Origin: Andalucia godoyi And28
Taxonomy: Eukaryota > Protista > Jakobida
NCBI GenBank assembly: GCA_009859145.1
Contig: VRVR01000064.1
Span: 74,489-120,855, forward strand
DNA: 46,367 nucleotides
Reading direction: 5' to 3'
Of this stretch, positions 28,721 through 39,449 are shown piece by piece. Below the pieces are notes generated by a model. That model saw nothing but the letters and a program-made list of their open reading frames with translations, had not been told where the DNA came from and made no database searches. Every line of letters starts with the position of its first letter. The first letter of the stretch is position 1. A program made the translations under genes and the position numbers.

Positions 28721-31700
28721 TCACAGTCGGTCGTTTTGTATCTGTCCAGCGTACGCACTATTGGTTGTTGGAGACCAGACTGCAGTGCCCCGGCTTGCGG
28801 GTCTCGTAACAGGAGGAGCTCCAACGTTTGCCGGAGCCGAGGGCGAAAACGGTGATGCAGGACTTTGCAGAGGGAACATCGGTTGCGGTGTAGGCTCCTG
28901 GCTGTGTGGCCCTTTCGTTGCCGCAGCCGTTCGCCTCTTTCGAATGAAGTACACGGCTGCTCCGACACCGGCAGAAACGACTACGATGCATGCAATGACG
29001 ACGCCGGCAATCAAACCTGCGGAACCCGATGCTTCCGAACCATTGCCACTCGATGGATTCGACGGAGTTGGCGGAGGAGCCACAGTACTGGTATAGGAAA
29101 GCACTCTCCATGAAAACGTTCCGTCGCACTCTATGTAAGAACCTTGCATATAGAGCGTTGCAATGCTGGAAGACGCACTTAACAACGTCGACGACGGCGA
29201 CGAAGTGGTAGAAGAAGAACCGGACGTGGAAAACGACGGCAGGATACCATTTCCCGAAACAAAAGGACCTGAAAGATCGAAAAGACTGCAGTTTGCAATA
29301 AGAGTGAACGTCGTGGTCGAAGCCGAACAGCCATCCGAGACAGTTAGCTGCACCACATACGTGCCCGCAGCACGCACGGTGAGCCATGTTGACTTTTCCT
29401 GGGTTTCTGAAAGCAGAGGGGCAAACGAGGAAGCATCGGAAACTGCAGGACTTGTGGAAAACGACAGGGACTGTGACACCGTCCACGAGAAGCCCAAGGG
29501 ATCGGAATCAGCATCCGACGACGATGTTCCATTCAGGAACAGCGAAAAGATGCCAGTGTCGTTGAGCATCACCATCGAGGAGTCCGCAAGCGTAGATACG
29601 ATGCGTGCAGCTGGAGGGCTGTTGCAAACGGCAGTCAACGTAACAGTGGCAGTCTTCGTGCACGATGAATCCGACATTGAAAGCTGCACAACGTAACTAC
29701 CAGGAACGTCCAGAGGGATAAAGGGGATGTTGAATAGACCGCGGGTTGCTGTGGATACAGGTCCTAGCCGAACTGTCGTGGTGACTGCGGTCGTCGTGCT
29801 TGTCGTCGTTGTATTGTAAAATACGGTTCGTTCTGTATCCGTTTCCTGCGTGACATTTTGCGCTTGCACCACGGAAGAGTTCACAACAACAGTCTGTACT
29901 TGGCAGAGTACACTCTGCTGCGGCGCGCTGATCACCTCCCACAAAAATGTGTAGTTTGCGAAATTCCGTCCCGCATCCAGTGTAGAGAGATCCGCGCTCA
30001 GCGAAGTTTCAAATCCAAAAGACTGGCCGCTGTTCCAGACCACGGTCTTCGCCGTTCCACCAACATTTGGAACGAAGCTGCCGCATCCCAGCACCACTGA
30101 GACAGCATCGAGATCGTCGTCATGAGTGTCTTCCACCACCTCGACCACAATACTGTCCCTCTCCGTTGCTGCGGTGCACCCATCCGTAACCGTCAACTGA
30201 AGTTCATACACTCCCGGAGAAGTGATAGTTAAGCTCGTGGCAATGCCTTGCGCAAACAAGAATTCTTCGCGCCTGCCAGATGACATCCTGGAAAGCTCCC
30301 AAGAGTACGTCCAAAGGTTTTCATCTTCGCATTTCATGTCTGCATCACAGCGCGTCTGCTCTGCGGACAAAAAAATCGTCCCAACACCTCTGTGCCTGTC
30401 CAGTACAAGATGCTTGGAAGAGCCCAGTGTTGACAGAGTGAGCTGACCTGCTGCAAAGCGACAATCAGCGTGGATCGAATATCCGGTATTTCCGCCCATT
30501 TCACAAATGTTCTTACTCCCCACACGCACGTGATACGTTCCAGACTGCAGCGGAGTAGCCGAGATGAACGGAGCGTTGTGCAGTGATTCGAAAGACACAA
30601 AAGACGAAAGTCTTTCAGCATTACATAGTTGCATATCAGTCATGCCACCGACGGGAAGGAGGACCGCAGAAAACTTGCGTAGTGCAGCATTCCAGTTGCT
30701 CTTCAAAGCGACCGCGGAATCGTCCGCATCAATTTTTCCAAACTGTTTCGTTGTCTGAGGCATCGTCCGAGTCTGGACTGGCAGACTTTCATCGGCTAAT
30801 GATCGCAGACTGACAGACGATGTCAGCAGTTTTGTTATACCCCACCTTGCTGCCGAGCAGCCATTGCTCAGTACAAGATTTACACTCACTCTTCCTCCGT
30901 TTCCTGGCGCTGCAAAAGTGATTGCCGGCGATGTAGAATTGCTGGAGATGATCGTTCCGCCGTTCGCTGGTTCATATTGGAGTGTCCAAAGATAGGAAAG
31001 CTGTCGTCCATAAGGTTCCACGCTGCGACTAGCGTTCCACGTGATAGGATCGATGACGCCTGTGATGGGGTTGAACGGATTGGCGACTCCAAGAGTATCG
31101 AAAACTTTGATCAATGGCGCTGGTCCACAGGCCACCGTGGCGGTACCAGTCGCGGATGCAGAAGAGCATGCCGACTCCAGATGGTATCCAATCGTGTAGG
31201 TACCAACACATTTCGAGGGACTGCTCGGATCCGCCGGGATCACAGATACCGTCGTGGTCGATGGCTGAACATCGGGAATAGGACGAATCGCAGATGTTGA
31301 AAGAGCAGCATTGTTGGAAGGGGATGGAGGTGATAATGTAATGTTGCACAAATTGTTTGCAGGGATAGCTTTCAGTTGTCGGACCGACGTCAGTGTCGTG
31401 GAAATTGTCGTCGTGTACACAGCAAGAGGGACTCTCCAAGCGGGGACCATTCCTCCCCACGAAGACATGGATACTTGAGATGCGGAAAGAGTGGTGTTCG
31501 AAACAACAATTGTTTTTGGCAGATTGACGACCACCGGGTCCGAAAGGTTGCGACTGGCGGTTCCTGGCACGAAAACAGAGTAGGATTTTGATTGAGAAGT
31601 CGTGTTTGCAAGCACAAACACAGCAGAAGGATAATCTTGAATGCTTGCTTCTTGCAGGACAAAGCTTTCACTGTACGGAACACCTCGCTGCGGTCCCAAG

Positions 31701-33907
31701 CCGAGCGCAATCAGAGGTCGAACTAGTACGGACCGGAATGCACCCACCGAAGATGTTTTGTTCCAGACGGCGTCCTTGTCCATGGTCACCGCGGGATTCA
31801 GCGCAGCGGACGATGTGCAGTCCGGACACTGTGCGCTGACGTTCCACCTCAGTTTTTGCAAATTGCAACCGTCATACACTGCAACTTCGAACGAAAATGA
31901 GCCTGGTCGCGTCGCCTGCCACATCACAGACTGCCCCGACTCAGCCGTTAGAAATGGCGCATCAGAACCTTGAATCATCTTCCAGGAGAAGTACAGGGAG
32001 CGTCCAGAAACACCGCCAATCACGGGAATCGTCAACTTCACCACAGGGTACCCATACAATGGATCCGGAACGACAGTCTGCGGAGCGACGATCGTGCTCA
32101 CAGTTAGCCCCACCGAGCATGCAATCACGACTGAAGTGTTTGCCGTCCGGCCAGAGCAGGGAGAGCTCACGGACCCCGCGATCATGTAAGTGCCGCCCAA
32201 CGTCTTTTTGGAGGAAACCAGCAGAGAACCATTGGGCTGCTGGACGAAGTTCAGGGGAGGTACGACGGCACCACCATACGTCGCATGAAAATCAACTGGC
32301 TGCGAAATACCAGTGCCAAGAAGCTCCAGATCACACTGGTACTGACATGTAGTAGTGTTCACAATCGGAATGCTGGGAAGACCTTCTTTGCACAGCGCGT
32401 TGCAAGCAACGATGAGCAAGTCCGAGGATGACGTCGCATATTCGATATTTCCAGTTGTGACGACGTCAAACAAGCATGACTGGAAAAGAAACGAAGTAGA
32501 ACTAACTCCTGGAAGAGCATTCGAACAGGCAATGTACGATGCGTCTGTGGAGGCAGGAGCTGTAAAGGCCGGGTCGCCCGGGCCTGATACTGCGCTTACG
32601 GGTGCTGCAACCGGCGAAGCATAGCCGAGGAACGACGGAAAAAATGAATCCAGCGACGACGACACCGCAGAAGCGCTCACGAACGCAGCCACGTCTGCTG
32701 GCACACGTGAAGTCGCGTTACTGGGGATAATTCCGGAAATGGTCGAAAAGATGGAAAAGTCGTCATCCGGGCAGCCGTCATAGAATCCACAGAGACCATA
32801 GAGAGATCCGTACAGAATCGGATGCGGCCGCAGAATCGCCGACGACGAGAAAACCGAAAACCGAATTTCTGCGCGATGTAGCAATGGACCGTAATCCACG
32901 ACGACGATCACCGTGGATGGTGCTTCTCGTTTGATGCTTACAGTAGTGTTGGAAACCGAGGACGTCCACAAACTTCCGGACAAAAGCGGTTTCAGCTGAG
33001 CAGCAACCCCGTTGTGAAAGAGCAGAACGGAAGAACTATCGGTCTCATAAAACACAGAGATTGTTTCCGCTGAGGTACGCATGGCAAACCCACGAGCACA
33101 CGTCTGAGATGACGCAGCAAAGCAAGGGAGATGGCGAACCTGCACGTTCCATGAGAACTTGGGGTCTGTAGCTGCTGAGCGAATGGCCCAGTAATCTCCC
33201 GTGGACTGAGTAGAAAACGAGGAACCATCAAAAGTCACATAATGTGGATCACCAAAAATGGTGCACGCGTTTCCCACTGCTTGTCGGATGCTGGTCGTCA
33301 GGCGCACAATGGAGACCAGCAACAACTGAAATGTCTGCGCCACAAAGTTGTGGCTGTTTGGTGGAGACGAGCCGAGCGAAGAAAGCTCACTTTGAGAGAT
33401 GGAGGTGCCCACTCCGAGGGTGAATATTTCAATGCCGCTCGCTTTCGCTGCATCTGCTGCCGCAACTGGGCTATCGTCGGCGACACCATCCGTTATGAGA
33501 ACCAGCGCACGACGACGATTCATGGTCTGCACACTGAGCATCGTCTGCGCGGCATTCAGGCACGAAATCATGTTTGTGCTTCCTCCACTGTATACCATTG
33601 TCTGTAATGTATTCACAACGACGGATTCGGACACATTCAGCGGTTGCACGACTGTCGAAGAACTTCCAAATGAGATGGCACCAACCCGAATATTGCCGCT
33701 GAGAGCCGCTGGACGCAGCAAAGTTTGCGATAATTGAATAACAAATGGACGGACGCTGTCCTCGAACACGGGAGCGGTGATGGATCCCGACACATCAATA
33801 CAGAGAGCGATATCGATCTGCGCAGCGATGCCGCATCCCTGAGAATGCACAGTATGCAAGCTACAGCACAGGACAACTAGCGAAAACAGAAAAAAGAATC
33901 GATGCAT
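28721..33907 (-). CDS. Large type I membrane adhesin: signal peptide, VWA (MIDAS), VWD, several Ig/PKD(REJ)-like domains, TM helix, Pro-rich tail
   Basis: VWA: DIALCIDVSGSI, RVGAISF, GGSTNM, LVLITDG, IFTLGVG. VWD: CTIFGDPHYVTFDG, GLCGFYDGCPDDDF. Repeated FSWxV...GxYxVQLTVSDGC strands. TM GLIAGVVIACIVVVSAGVGAAVYFI followed by RKRR. 1728 aa, no introns. Confidence 0.92.
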   Translation of the reverse strand: MHRFFFLFSLVVLCCSLHTVHSQGCGIAAQIDIALCIDVSGSITAPVFEDSVRPFVIQLSQTLLRPAALSGNIRVGAISFGSSSTVVQPLNVSESVVVNTLQTMVYSGGSTNMISCLNAAQTMLSVQTMNRRRALVLITDGVADDSPVAAADAAKASGIEIFTLGVGTSISQSELSSLGSSPPNSHNFVAQTFQLLLVSIVRLTTSIRQAVGNACTIFGDPHYVTFDGSSFSTQSTGDYWAIRSAATDPKFSWNVQVRHLPCFAASSQTCARGFAMRTSAETISVFYETDSSSVLLFHNGVAAQLKPLLSGSLWTSSVSNTTVSIKREAPSTVIVVVDYGPLLHRAEIRFSVFSSSAILRPHPILYGSLYGLCGFYDGCPDDDFSIFSTISGIIPSNATSRVPADVAAFVSASAVSSSLDSFFPSFLGYASPVAAPVSAVSGPGDPAFTAPASTDASYIACSNALPGVSSTSFLFQSCLFDVVTTGNIEYATSSSDLLIVACNALCKEGLPSIPIVNTTTCQYQCDLELLGTGISQPVDFHATYGGAVVPPLNFVQQPNGSLLVSSKKTLGGTYMIAGSVSSPCSGRTANTSVVIACSVGLTVSTIVAPQTVVPDPLYGYPVVKLTIPVIGGVSGRSLYFSWKMIQGSDAPFLTAESGQSVMWQATRPGSFSFEVAVYDGCNLQKLRWNVSAQCPDCTSSAALNPAVTMDKDAVWNKTSSVGAFRSVLVRPLIALGLGPQRGVPYSESFVLQEASIQDYPSAVFVLANTTSQSKSYSVFVPGTASRNLSDPVVVNLPKTIVVSNTTLSASQVSMSSWGGMVPAWRVPLAVYTTTISTTLTSVRQLKAIPANNLCNITLSPPSPSNNAALSTSAIRPIPDVQPSTTTVSVIPADPSSPSKCVGTYTIGYHLESACSSASATGTATVACGPAPLIKVFDTLGVANPFNPITGVIDPITWNASRSVEPYGRQLSYLWTLQYEPANGGTIISSNSTSPAITFAAPGNGGRVSVNLVLSNGCSAARWGITKLLTSSVSLRSLADESLPVQTRTMPQTTKQFGKIDADDSAVALKSNWNAALRKFSAVLLPVGGMTDMQLCNAERLSSFVSFESLHNAPFISATPLQSGTYHVRVGSKNICEMGGNTGYSIHADCRFAAGQLTLSTLGSSKHLVLDRHRGVGTIFLSAEQTRCDADMKCEDENLWTYSWELSRMSSGRREEFLFAQGIATSLTITSPGVYELQLTVTDGCTAATERDSIVVEVVEDTHDDDLDAVSVVLGCGSFVPNVGGTAKTVVWNSGQSFGFETSLSADLSTLDAGRNFANYTFLWEVISAPQQSVLCQVQTVVVNSSVVQAQNVTQETDTERTVFYNTTTTSTTTAVTTTVRLGPVSTATRGLFNIPFIPLDVPGSYVVQLSMSDSSCTKTATVTLTAVCNSPPAARIVSTLADSSMVMLNDTGIFSLFLNGTSSSDADSDPLGFSWTVSQSLSFSTSPAVSDASSFAPLLSETQEKSTWLTVRAAGTYVVQLTVSDGCSASTTTFTLIANCSLFDLSGPFVSGNGILPSFSTSGSSSTTSSPSSTLLSASSSIATLYMQGSYIECDGTFSWRVLSYTSTVAPPPTPSNPSSGNGSEASGSAGLIAGVVIACIVVVSAGVGAAVYFIRKRRTAAATKGPHSQEPTPQPMFPLQSPASPFSPSAPANVGAPPVTRPASRGTAVWSPTTNSAYAGQIQNDRL

Positions 33908-34549
33908 GCAGGGCGGTGCTCTGGTTTCTTGCCGATTTCAAACGTCTATTAGTCTGCTCTATGGACAGGCGAAAGAAATACGCTGGTGGAAATTTTGGCG
34001 TTTTTGCAGGAAGAGGCACTCAGATTCCGCGCGACATTTTGTACGTTTTCTGTGCAGCAACGTCGCCAAGCGTGGCAACTTGCGATTCCAGAGCGCGGAT
34101 GTCGTGCAACTCCTTCGGATCATGTCCGAGCAGAAAAAACCTTTTTGTCCGTTGTTGCTTTTACATGACACAGTTGCATATTGTTTTGGTTTGAATGGTG
34201 GTGACAAAGTACACACGCAAATCCTCGGACGTCACTGCTGAGGGACGGTACCGCCTGCTCTGACATCGTTCCTCTACAGGCTGTTTGTTTAGCATACGAG
34301 CATGCTCTATTGTGTTCCTCTACAAACGACTGTTGTTGTTCCTGGATGCAAAGATACACACAGGCATCCACGCAACCAGAAACGAAGAACTCATTCGCAC
34401 CACCGACGGCCAAGTGGCGTTGGTGAGCCTCGAAATTTTGCCGACTGAAATGTGCCGCCAGCCGCCAGCACCACGCCCGACCATTAAGCGCGTGGTTTAT
34501 CTTTGCTGCTCCGATTTTTTTCTGTATTCTTTCCCAACAGTCGAGCAGT

Positions 34550-35137
34550 ATGCGGTCTATCGGTTTGTTTGCAGCCCTTGTGTGTGTCGCTGTCCTCAAC
34601 TGCTCAGTTTTCCGGGTAGAGGCTGCGTGCCCTGCTACGGTCTCTCAGGTGCTAAGCGCCGCTTCTCAGACTTGGGGCAGTATCTGCTTTGCCACAGAGG
34701 CAACCTCGTGCCCCTGGAGTCTGATCACGACGTCGACTTCGACGACCATCACTGCTGCGGGTGTAACGTACACCCCGACTGGGACAGACTCGGACGTCTC
34801 ATGCAATCCCATGTCCTACGTCGGTGCTGGTTCCCGCTATACTTGCAGAATTCAGCGAACCACAGGATCCATTGCAACCGGTGATATTGTCGTTACAGTG
34901 ACGTACAACTCATCGTCCACCTGTGATACGATCATTGCGGGAACCGTAGGTCGCGTCTCGTCCTCTACCTCCACGATTAACAACCTCTTCCGAGGTCTGG
35001 CCAGTGCATCGAATTCTCAGGGATTCTCGGGCTGCACGACATGTACTCCTACCAATCCCACAGGCTCTTCCTCTGTGTTTGGTGTTCCCATAGTTCTGGC
35101 AGCGGTCTTCTCTCTGTTGACCATTCTAATTTGCTGA
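34550..35137 (+). CDS. Secreted Thr/Ser/Cys-rich protein with a hydrophobic C-terminus (likely GPI-anchored surface protein)
   Basis: Signal MRSIGLFAALVCVAVLNCSVFRVEA; Ser/Thr-rich body with 8 Cys; TGSSSVFGVPIVLAAVFSLLTILIC C-terminus with no cytoplasmic tail. Confidence 0.75.
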   Translation: MRSIGLFAALVCVAVLNCSVFRVEAACPATVSQVLSAASQTWGSICFATEATSCPWSLITTSTSTTITAAGVTYTPTGTDSDVSCNPMSYVGAGSRYTCRIQRTTGSIATGDIVVTVTYNSSSTCDTIIAGTVGRVSSSTSTINNLFRGLASASNSQGFSGCTTCTPTNPTGSSSVFGVPIVLAAVFSLLTILIC

Positions 35138-35369
35138 TATGTCACGATAAACTACTTTGTTCTGTTTTACATAATTCTATGGAGAGGTTGTCTTATCTAT
35201 CCTGGGATGTCTGCTGCACATTCTGGGATATATGAAAAAAGGACCGTATGGTGCAGATCTGTTAGCGAAAAATAAGATTCAATTGGAGCATCGACAAATA
35301 GTGCAACAAAATAAGCACTTTTCGCACATTTTGAGATCATCTCGTGTTGGACACCATAACATTTTCTCG

Positions 35370-36053
35370 TTAGTTTACGCAAAGTGAGCAGTTTGTGGAA
35401 GGAGAAGTTGCCGCACTGATCTCGTGGATCTTCGTCTTCCTTTGCTGAAACAACTCGTATGCCGCAGCTGCTGTCAGACATGCTGTTAGGAAAACATGCA
35501 CGAACAGGAGGATTGGCCCCGCACTCACCACTGACATATTTTCCTCACGAGTGGAGAGATCAAAAGTTGCACTCTACAAACAGCAAGGCACCATAACTGA
35601 CATTCGTGATCCAAGCTGCGGGTGGAATGAGACCGCCTATTGCCGACCCGCAAAGACTTGCGAGGGCAGCACTTTTCCAAATGAGTTTTGAGATATCGGC
35701 AAAGAAAGAACCTATATGAGCCACAAGTGCGCCAACAAGGAAGAAAACCGGAATGAGCATGGTTCGGAAAGCGGTGTTGGACGCGGTTTGCACATTGTCT
35801 GCCTAGGTGTAGCAGTCCGAACCGTCAGGACAGCGATTCACTAGAGATGAATAAGTGTATCGGAATCATGCCGTGTCCAGTACGTCAAGAACAATATATG
35901 GTAATAGCCATCGCTCGGGGGATAGTAAATGCTCCACTGCACTCCAAAGGCAATCAACAGGATTACCAACGTCAGTACAGAAATCGATGCGATGACAATT
36001 TCGTGAGGTGGCGGAACCTTTCTTTTTTGCATGGTCTCAGCCTTTAAGCACAT
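35370..36053 (-). pseudogene. Disrupted tetraspan-like membrane protein gene
   Basis: Four hydrophobic segments in order across broken frames: IVIASISVLTLVILLIAFG; MLIPVFFLVGALVAHIG; AALASLCGSAIGGLIPP; AGPILLFVHVFLTACLTAAAAY. Separated by a frameshift near 35860, an in-frame TAG near 35805 and a break near 35560. Confidence 0.45.
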
Positions 36054-36614
36054 GAGCTACTCAACAGACAGTTTATGATCACGAAAAGAACAGCACATTT
36101 TCGTGGGATTCGGCCAACCAAAAAACCGCCAGTCTGTTCCTCGGATGCCTTGGAAACCTCAAACTGTGGTTCTTTTCTTTACTTTTGTGTGATCCGAAAT
36201 GAAAGCAACAGGAAGTCTCGGGCGATGTTCCTTCACAAATTTGTTCATACCATTCGCGATCTGCATCTGTTTCCGCGACTACAGAGCAGACTGAGTATGC
36301 TCCATCCTTGGAAACTACGGTGCTTGCTCATCATCCACATCCTTTGCCCTGTCTGCATCTGCCGTCTTGATCCCCGCAGTGATTGCAGCCTGGTTGTAAG
36401 GCTACACGGAATACAAAGGAACTGCCTTTTCTATTCGTAAACTTTCTTTTGTTTTTTCATTTTTCACGCAAACCGATGCAGCTTTAAAGATGAAAACCAT
36501 CTGCAGGGCATTTGTCCGCACTCGTCGCTGCTCGAACATGGAAGAGCAACTTTTGTGAAAAGTATCGACAAGGTTGAAATGCAATTTACTAAACTTGGGG
36601 CAGCGCGTCGCTAG

Positions 36615-38597
36615 TCATCCAAGAGAAGAGCAGAACTCTAGCACGTGTCTAACCAGCCGTTCACTCGCGCTGCTCTCGTTCTTCATCTCAAACAAACTGG
36701 GGAACTCACGGTGCAGCCGTTGCAAAAAGGAACGCAGTGGTCGCCGCTCCTCCGTGTCCAGCGCAGGAATCGGTAGGTATGGATTCAGCACATCGTTCAG
36801 AATACGCGACCGGATTCGAAACAGTTCATTTTTGTTGTGCAGCCGGGTATGCGATTCTAGAGTTGATTCGTTCAAATAGATGGCCACCGGCGGCAGCCAC
36901 GAGAGGACGTCTCCAATTGCCAGGTACACCGTCGTGAGCACAGCCTGCTGCAGACACACATGGAACCGTTGTCCATCGGACAGATCAACCAACGACGCCA
37001 CTGCATCCAGCCAATCGGGTGAGAAGGCAGCATGGTAGTGAAACTCTTTTTTGTCACGCTTCTGGATAAACGACGCACCGCCCCAGTCAATCAAACAAAT
37101 TGGAAACTGAAAGTCGCTTTGGACGTTCTCCAGCAACACCACATTCTGCGGACAAATGTCCATGTGATGTATGCCATTCTGGCTGCACTGCAGTACAATG
37201 CTGATCAACTGCTGCAAAAGTTCCGTGCAAAAAGCGAGGGCACGGTTCGGGTAACACGATGCAAGTGGCAATGGCACTCCTACTGGAGCTGTGCACAGAA
37301 TTGCTCCATGATCGGACTGTTCAGAATGCAAGAGATTCGGCACCCAGAATCGATGGTGGCCCCAGTCGATTCGAGAAAGCTCCTGCAGTGCACCCAGTTC
37401 GGTCGTCCACTCCGCTTGCTTCGATACCGGAAAACACTTGACAACGACGGATGTTGTTGAATCAAGAGTCGCGGTCGCTAGTTCCACAACATCCATCTTC
37501 CCGATGCCATGGACCGGTGCACGCTGCAGCATTCCAGTCAATTCCAGCCTCGGTGAAATGGATAGTGAGTGCACGATTCCAGAGGACAAGGTGGACACAA
37601 CTGGTGGTGGCGCGCCATTCCACCCACACAGGGCATGCGGATCACTGGACAACAAGTAGCAAATGCCTTTCATTCCACCGTCATCGAGGGCAATGGGTGC
37701 AGTTTCCAGCAGCTCGTAGTTCCATCCAGATTCAGAATCGAAAATGCGCAAACAAATAAAAACGATGAAATTCCGGTTGCACGCAAAGCCCCAACACACA
37801 CGGCGAAAAATTCCGGATTCCTGAACAATGTGCGCAAATCGCTGGTACACTTGCTGTATGGCCTCGGAGAGCTTTGACTTTGATGTGCCGTCGAATCGAT
37901 CGGATCCTTTGAGTTCCCCGGCAATGCTTGCTCCCGAGTACATGGAACGCCGAAGGGCAAGACGGCCTATGCAAAGCAGAAGGTCCACCCTTTGGTTCTG
38001 TCCGTAAAGGCCACTCCGCGAAAAATCCACTAGGTGCATGTCGCCGTGCTTGGAGAGGAATCGAGTGATGAACAACCGGAATTGGACTTGCAGGAGCGGC
38101 TCAGGACAAGAGTCCAAAGGAAGCGTTCCCACCGTCTCGTTCCACATTGCCTGGAAATCCTCCCAGAACGGGAGATTGGAAGAAATGGATGGGAAAAGAT
38201 CGTCAAACGAAGCACCGGTGGCATACAAATTGGTGGTGCCGCTGCGCGACGACGACCCCAAAGCCAGCAAATCCTGCGACAACTTGGAGAGAAAATACTT
38301 GATATCGGATACTCGCTCTGCTTCTTGTGACCTCTTTGCTTCTTCTTCGGACTTGGTCGCTCGTTCTAGGGACTTTTTCGCCATTTCTTCGGCAGCAAGT
38401 CTTCTTTGATGCTCTGCCTCTTTCTCCTGTCTTTCTCTCTCTTTCTCAAGGCGTTCACGTTCAAAGGCTGCTTCAGCAATTTCCTTCGCCTTCCGTTCAC
38501 GTTCAGCGACTGCTTCAGCAGCCTCCTTTGCCTGCTTCAACTGCTCGAATTGCTTCAGCAGCTCCTGAATCTTGTCATTTGGATCAGACAAACTCAT
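36615..38597 (-). CDS. Coiled-coil + PD-(D/E)xK (REase-fold) nuclease-like + protein kinase; Crinkler/RHS-effector-like or FunK1-like architecture; intact copy
   Basis: Charged coiled coil over about the first 95 aa. Helix PEPLLQVQF, then RVDLLL...IAGELKG (D and ExK). Kinase motifs VVVK, TE (alphaC), HHMDICPQN and LIDWG. 660 aa. Confidence 0.85.
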   Translation of the reverse strand: MSLSDPNDKIQELLKQFEQLKQAKEAAEAVAERERKAKEIAEAAFERERLEKERERQEKEAEHQRRLAAEEMAKKSLERATKSEEEAKRSQEAERVSDIKYFLSKLSQDLLALGSSSRSGTTNLYATGASFDDLFPSISSNLPFWEDFQAMWNETVGTLPLDSCPEPLLQVQFRLFITRFLSKHGDMHLVDFSRSGLYGQNQRVDLLLCIGRLALRRSMYSGASIAGELKGSDRFDGTSKSKLSEAIQQVYQRFAHIVQESGIFRRVCWGFACNRNFIVFICLRIFDSESGWNYELLETAPIALDDGGMKGICYLLSSDPHALCGWNGAPPPVVSTLSSGIVHSLSISPRLELTGMLQRAPVHGIGKMDVVELATATLDSTTSVVVKCFPVSKQAEWTTELGALQELSRIDWGHHRFWVPNLLHSEQSDHGAILCTAPVGVPLPLASCYPNRALAFCTELLQQLISIVLQCSQNGIHHMDICPQNVVLLENVQSDFQFPICLIDWGGASFIQKRDKKEFHYHAAFSPDWLDAVASLVDLSDGQRFHVCLQQAVLTTVYLAIGDVLSWLPPVAIYLNESTLESHTRLHNKNELFRIRSRILNDVLNPYLPIPALDTEERRPLRSFLQRLHREFPSLFEMKNESSASERLVRHVLEFCSSLG

Positions 38598-39449
38598 GGG
38601 TCAATACGGAAATGAATATAATATAAAATAAAATACAAAATATGACTACACATAAAGCGAGAGAAAGAAGGAAAGGAAAAGGAAGAAAAGACATGTAAAC
38701 GGGAAAAAACATGGCAAGCGCGGGGTTTTCTGACTGCTCCGATGGTATGAGTACGGATTTTCCCCGACTCAAGAAGGCTGCCGAGCAAGCATTCTATTTC
38801 TGCAAAAGCAGATCGAAAAACAGATGGCTTCGTATTTTGCGATCGAATTCCGTCAACTTCAAACTCAAAATCCTTGATTCTGCTCGGTTTCATGAATGTG
38901 GTTGAGAAAATAACTATCTTTTCAACTTTTCTCACCAATTCCAATCAGCTTGTTTGCAGAAGAGGTTTGTTCAAGCCACACCTAAGCCGACAGGACAATA
39001 TGACAGAGGTTTCAGGTGTCGTGAATGCTGTGTCATTGACGAATGATGCCGTTCAACTGCCATGATGAATTAGTCGTCGTTCGAATTGATGTTTTACCGA
39101 GTAGCACTGTTCACTGCGCGAATCCTGGATCCTGCTACTATTACAGAAACGACAACGAAACTGTTGCTATTCCTCCTGACATACCTTTCTCGATAGTGGG
39201 CGCTAGAATCCATGGAATTCGTGATGCAGTGTAACAGCGTTTGGATCTGTCCAATTCGACGTTCATCATTTTTCTAACTTAATGACTGCGAAAGTAACGA
39301 ACGCTCTATTGCCACTGTGACATTGTTTGAGCGAGGATTATTCTTTCCTTTTTACATACGACCTCGAAAACGCGGTGTGAGTTCTGTGACGGAATGGTTA
39401 TGCTCTCTTGATTTACCCGTACCCGCCCAGCAGACCCAATTGGAATAAA

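Noticed and set aside
22443-33737. Overlapping ORFs in and opposite the two surface-protein genes (23379-24509, 24207-24776, 24670-25269, 28758-29486 and others)
   Set aside because: Alternate-frame or antisense products of repetitive, codon-biased genes.
34120-34599. WD40-like stretch AHQRHLAVGGANEFFVSGCVDACVYL
   Set aside because: One isolated weak repeat in an ORF that overlaps the start of the better-supported 34550 gene.
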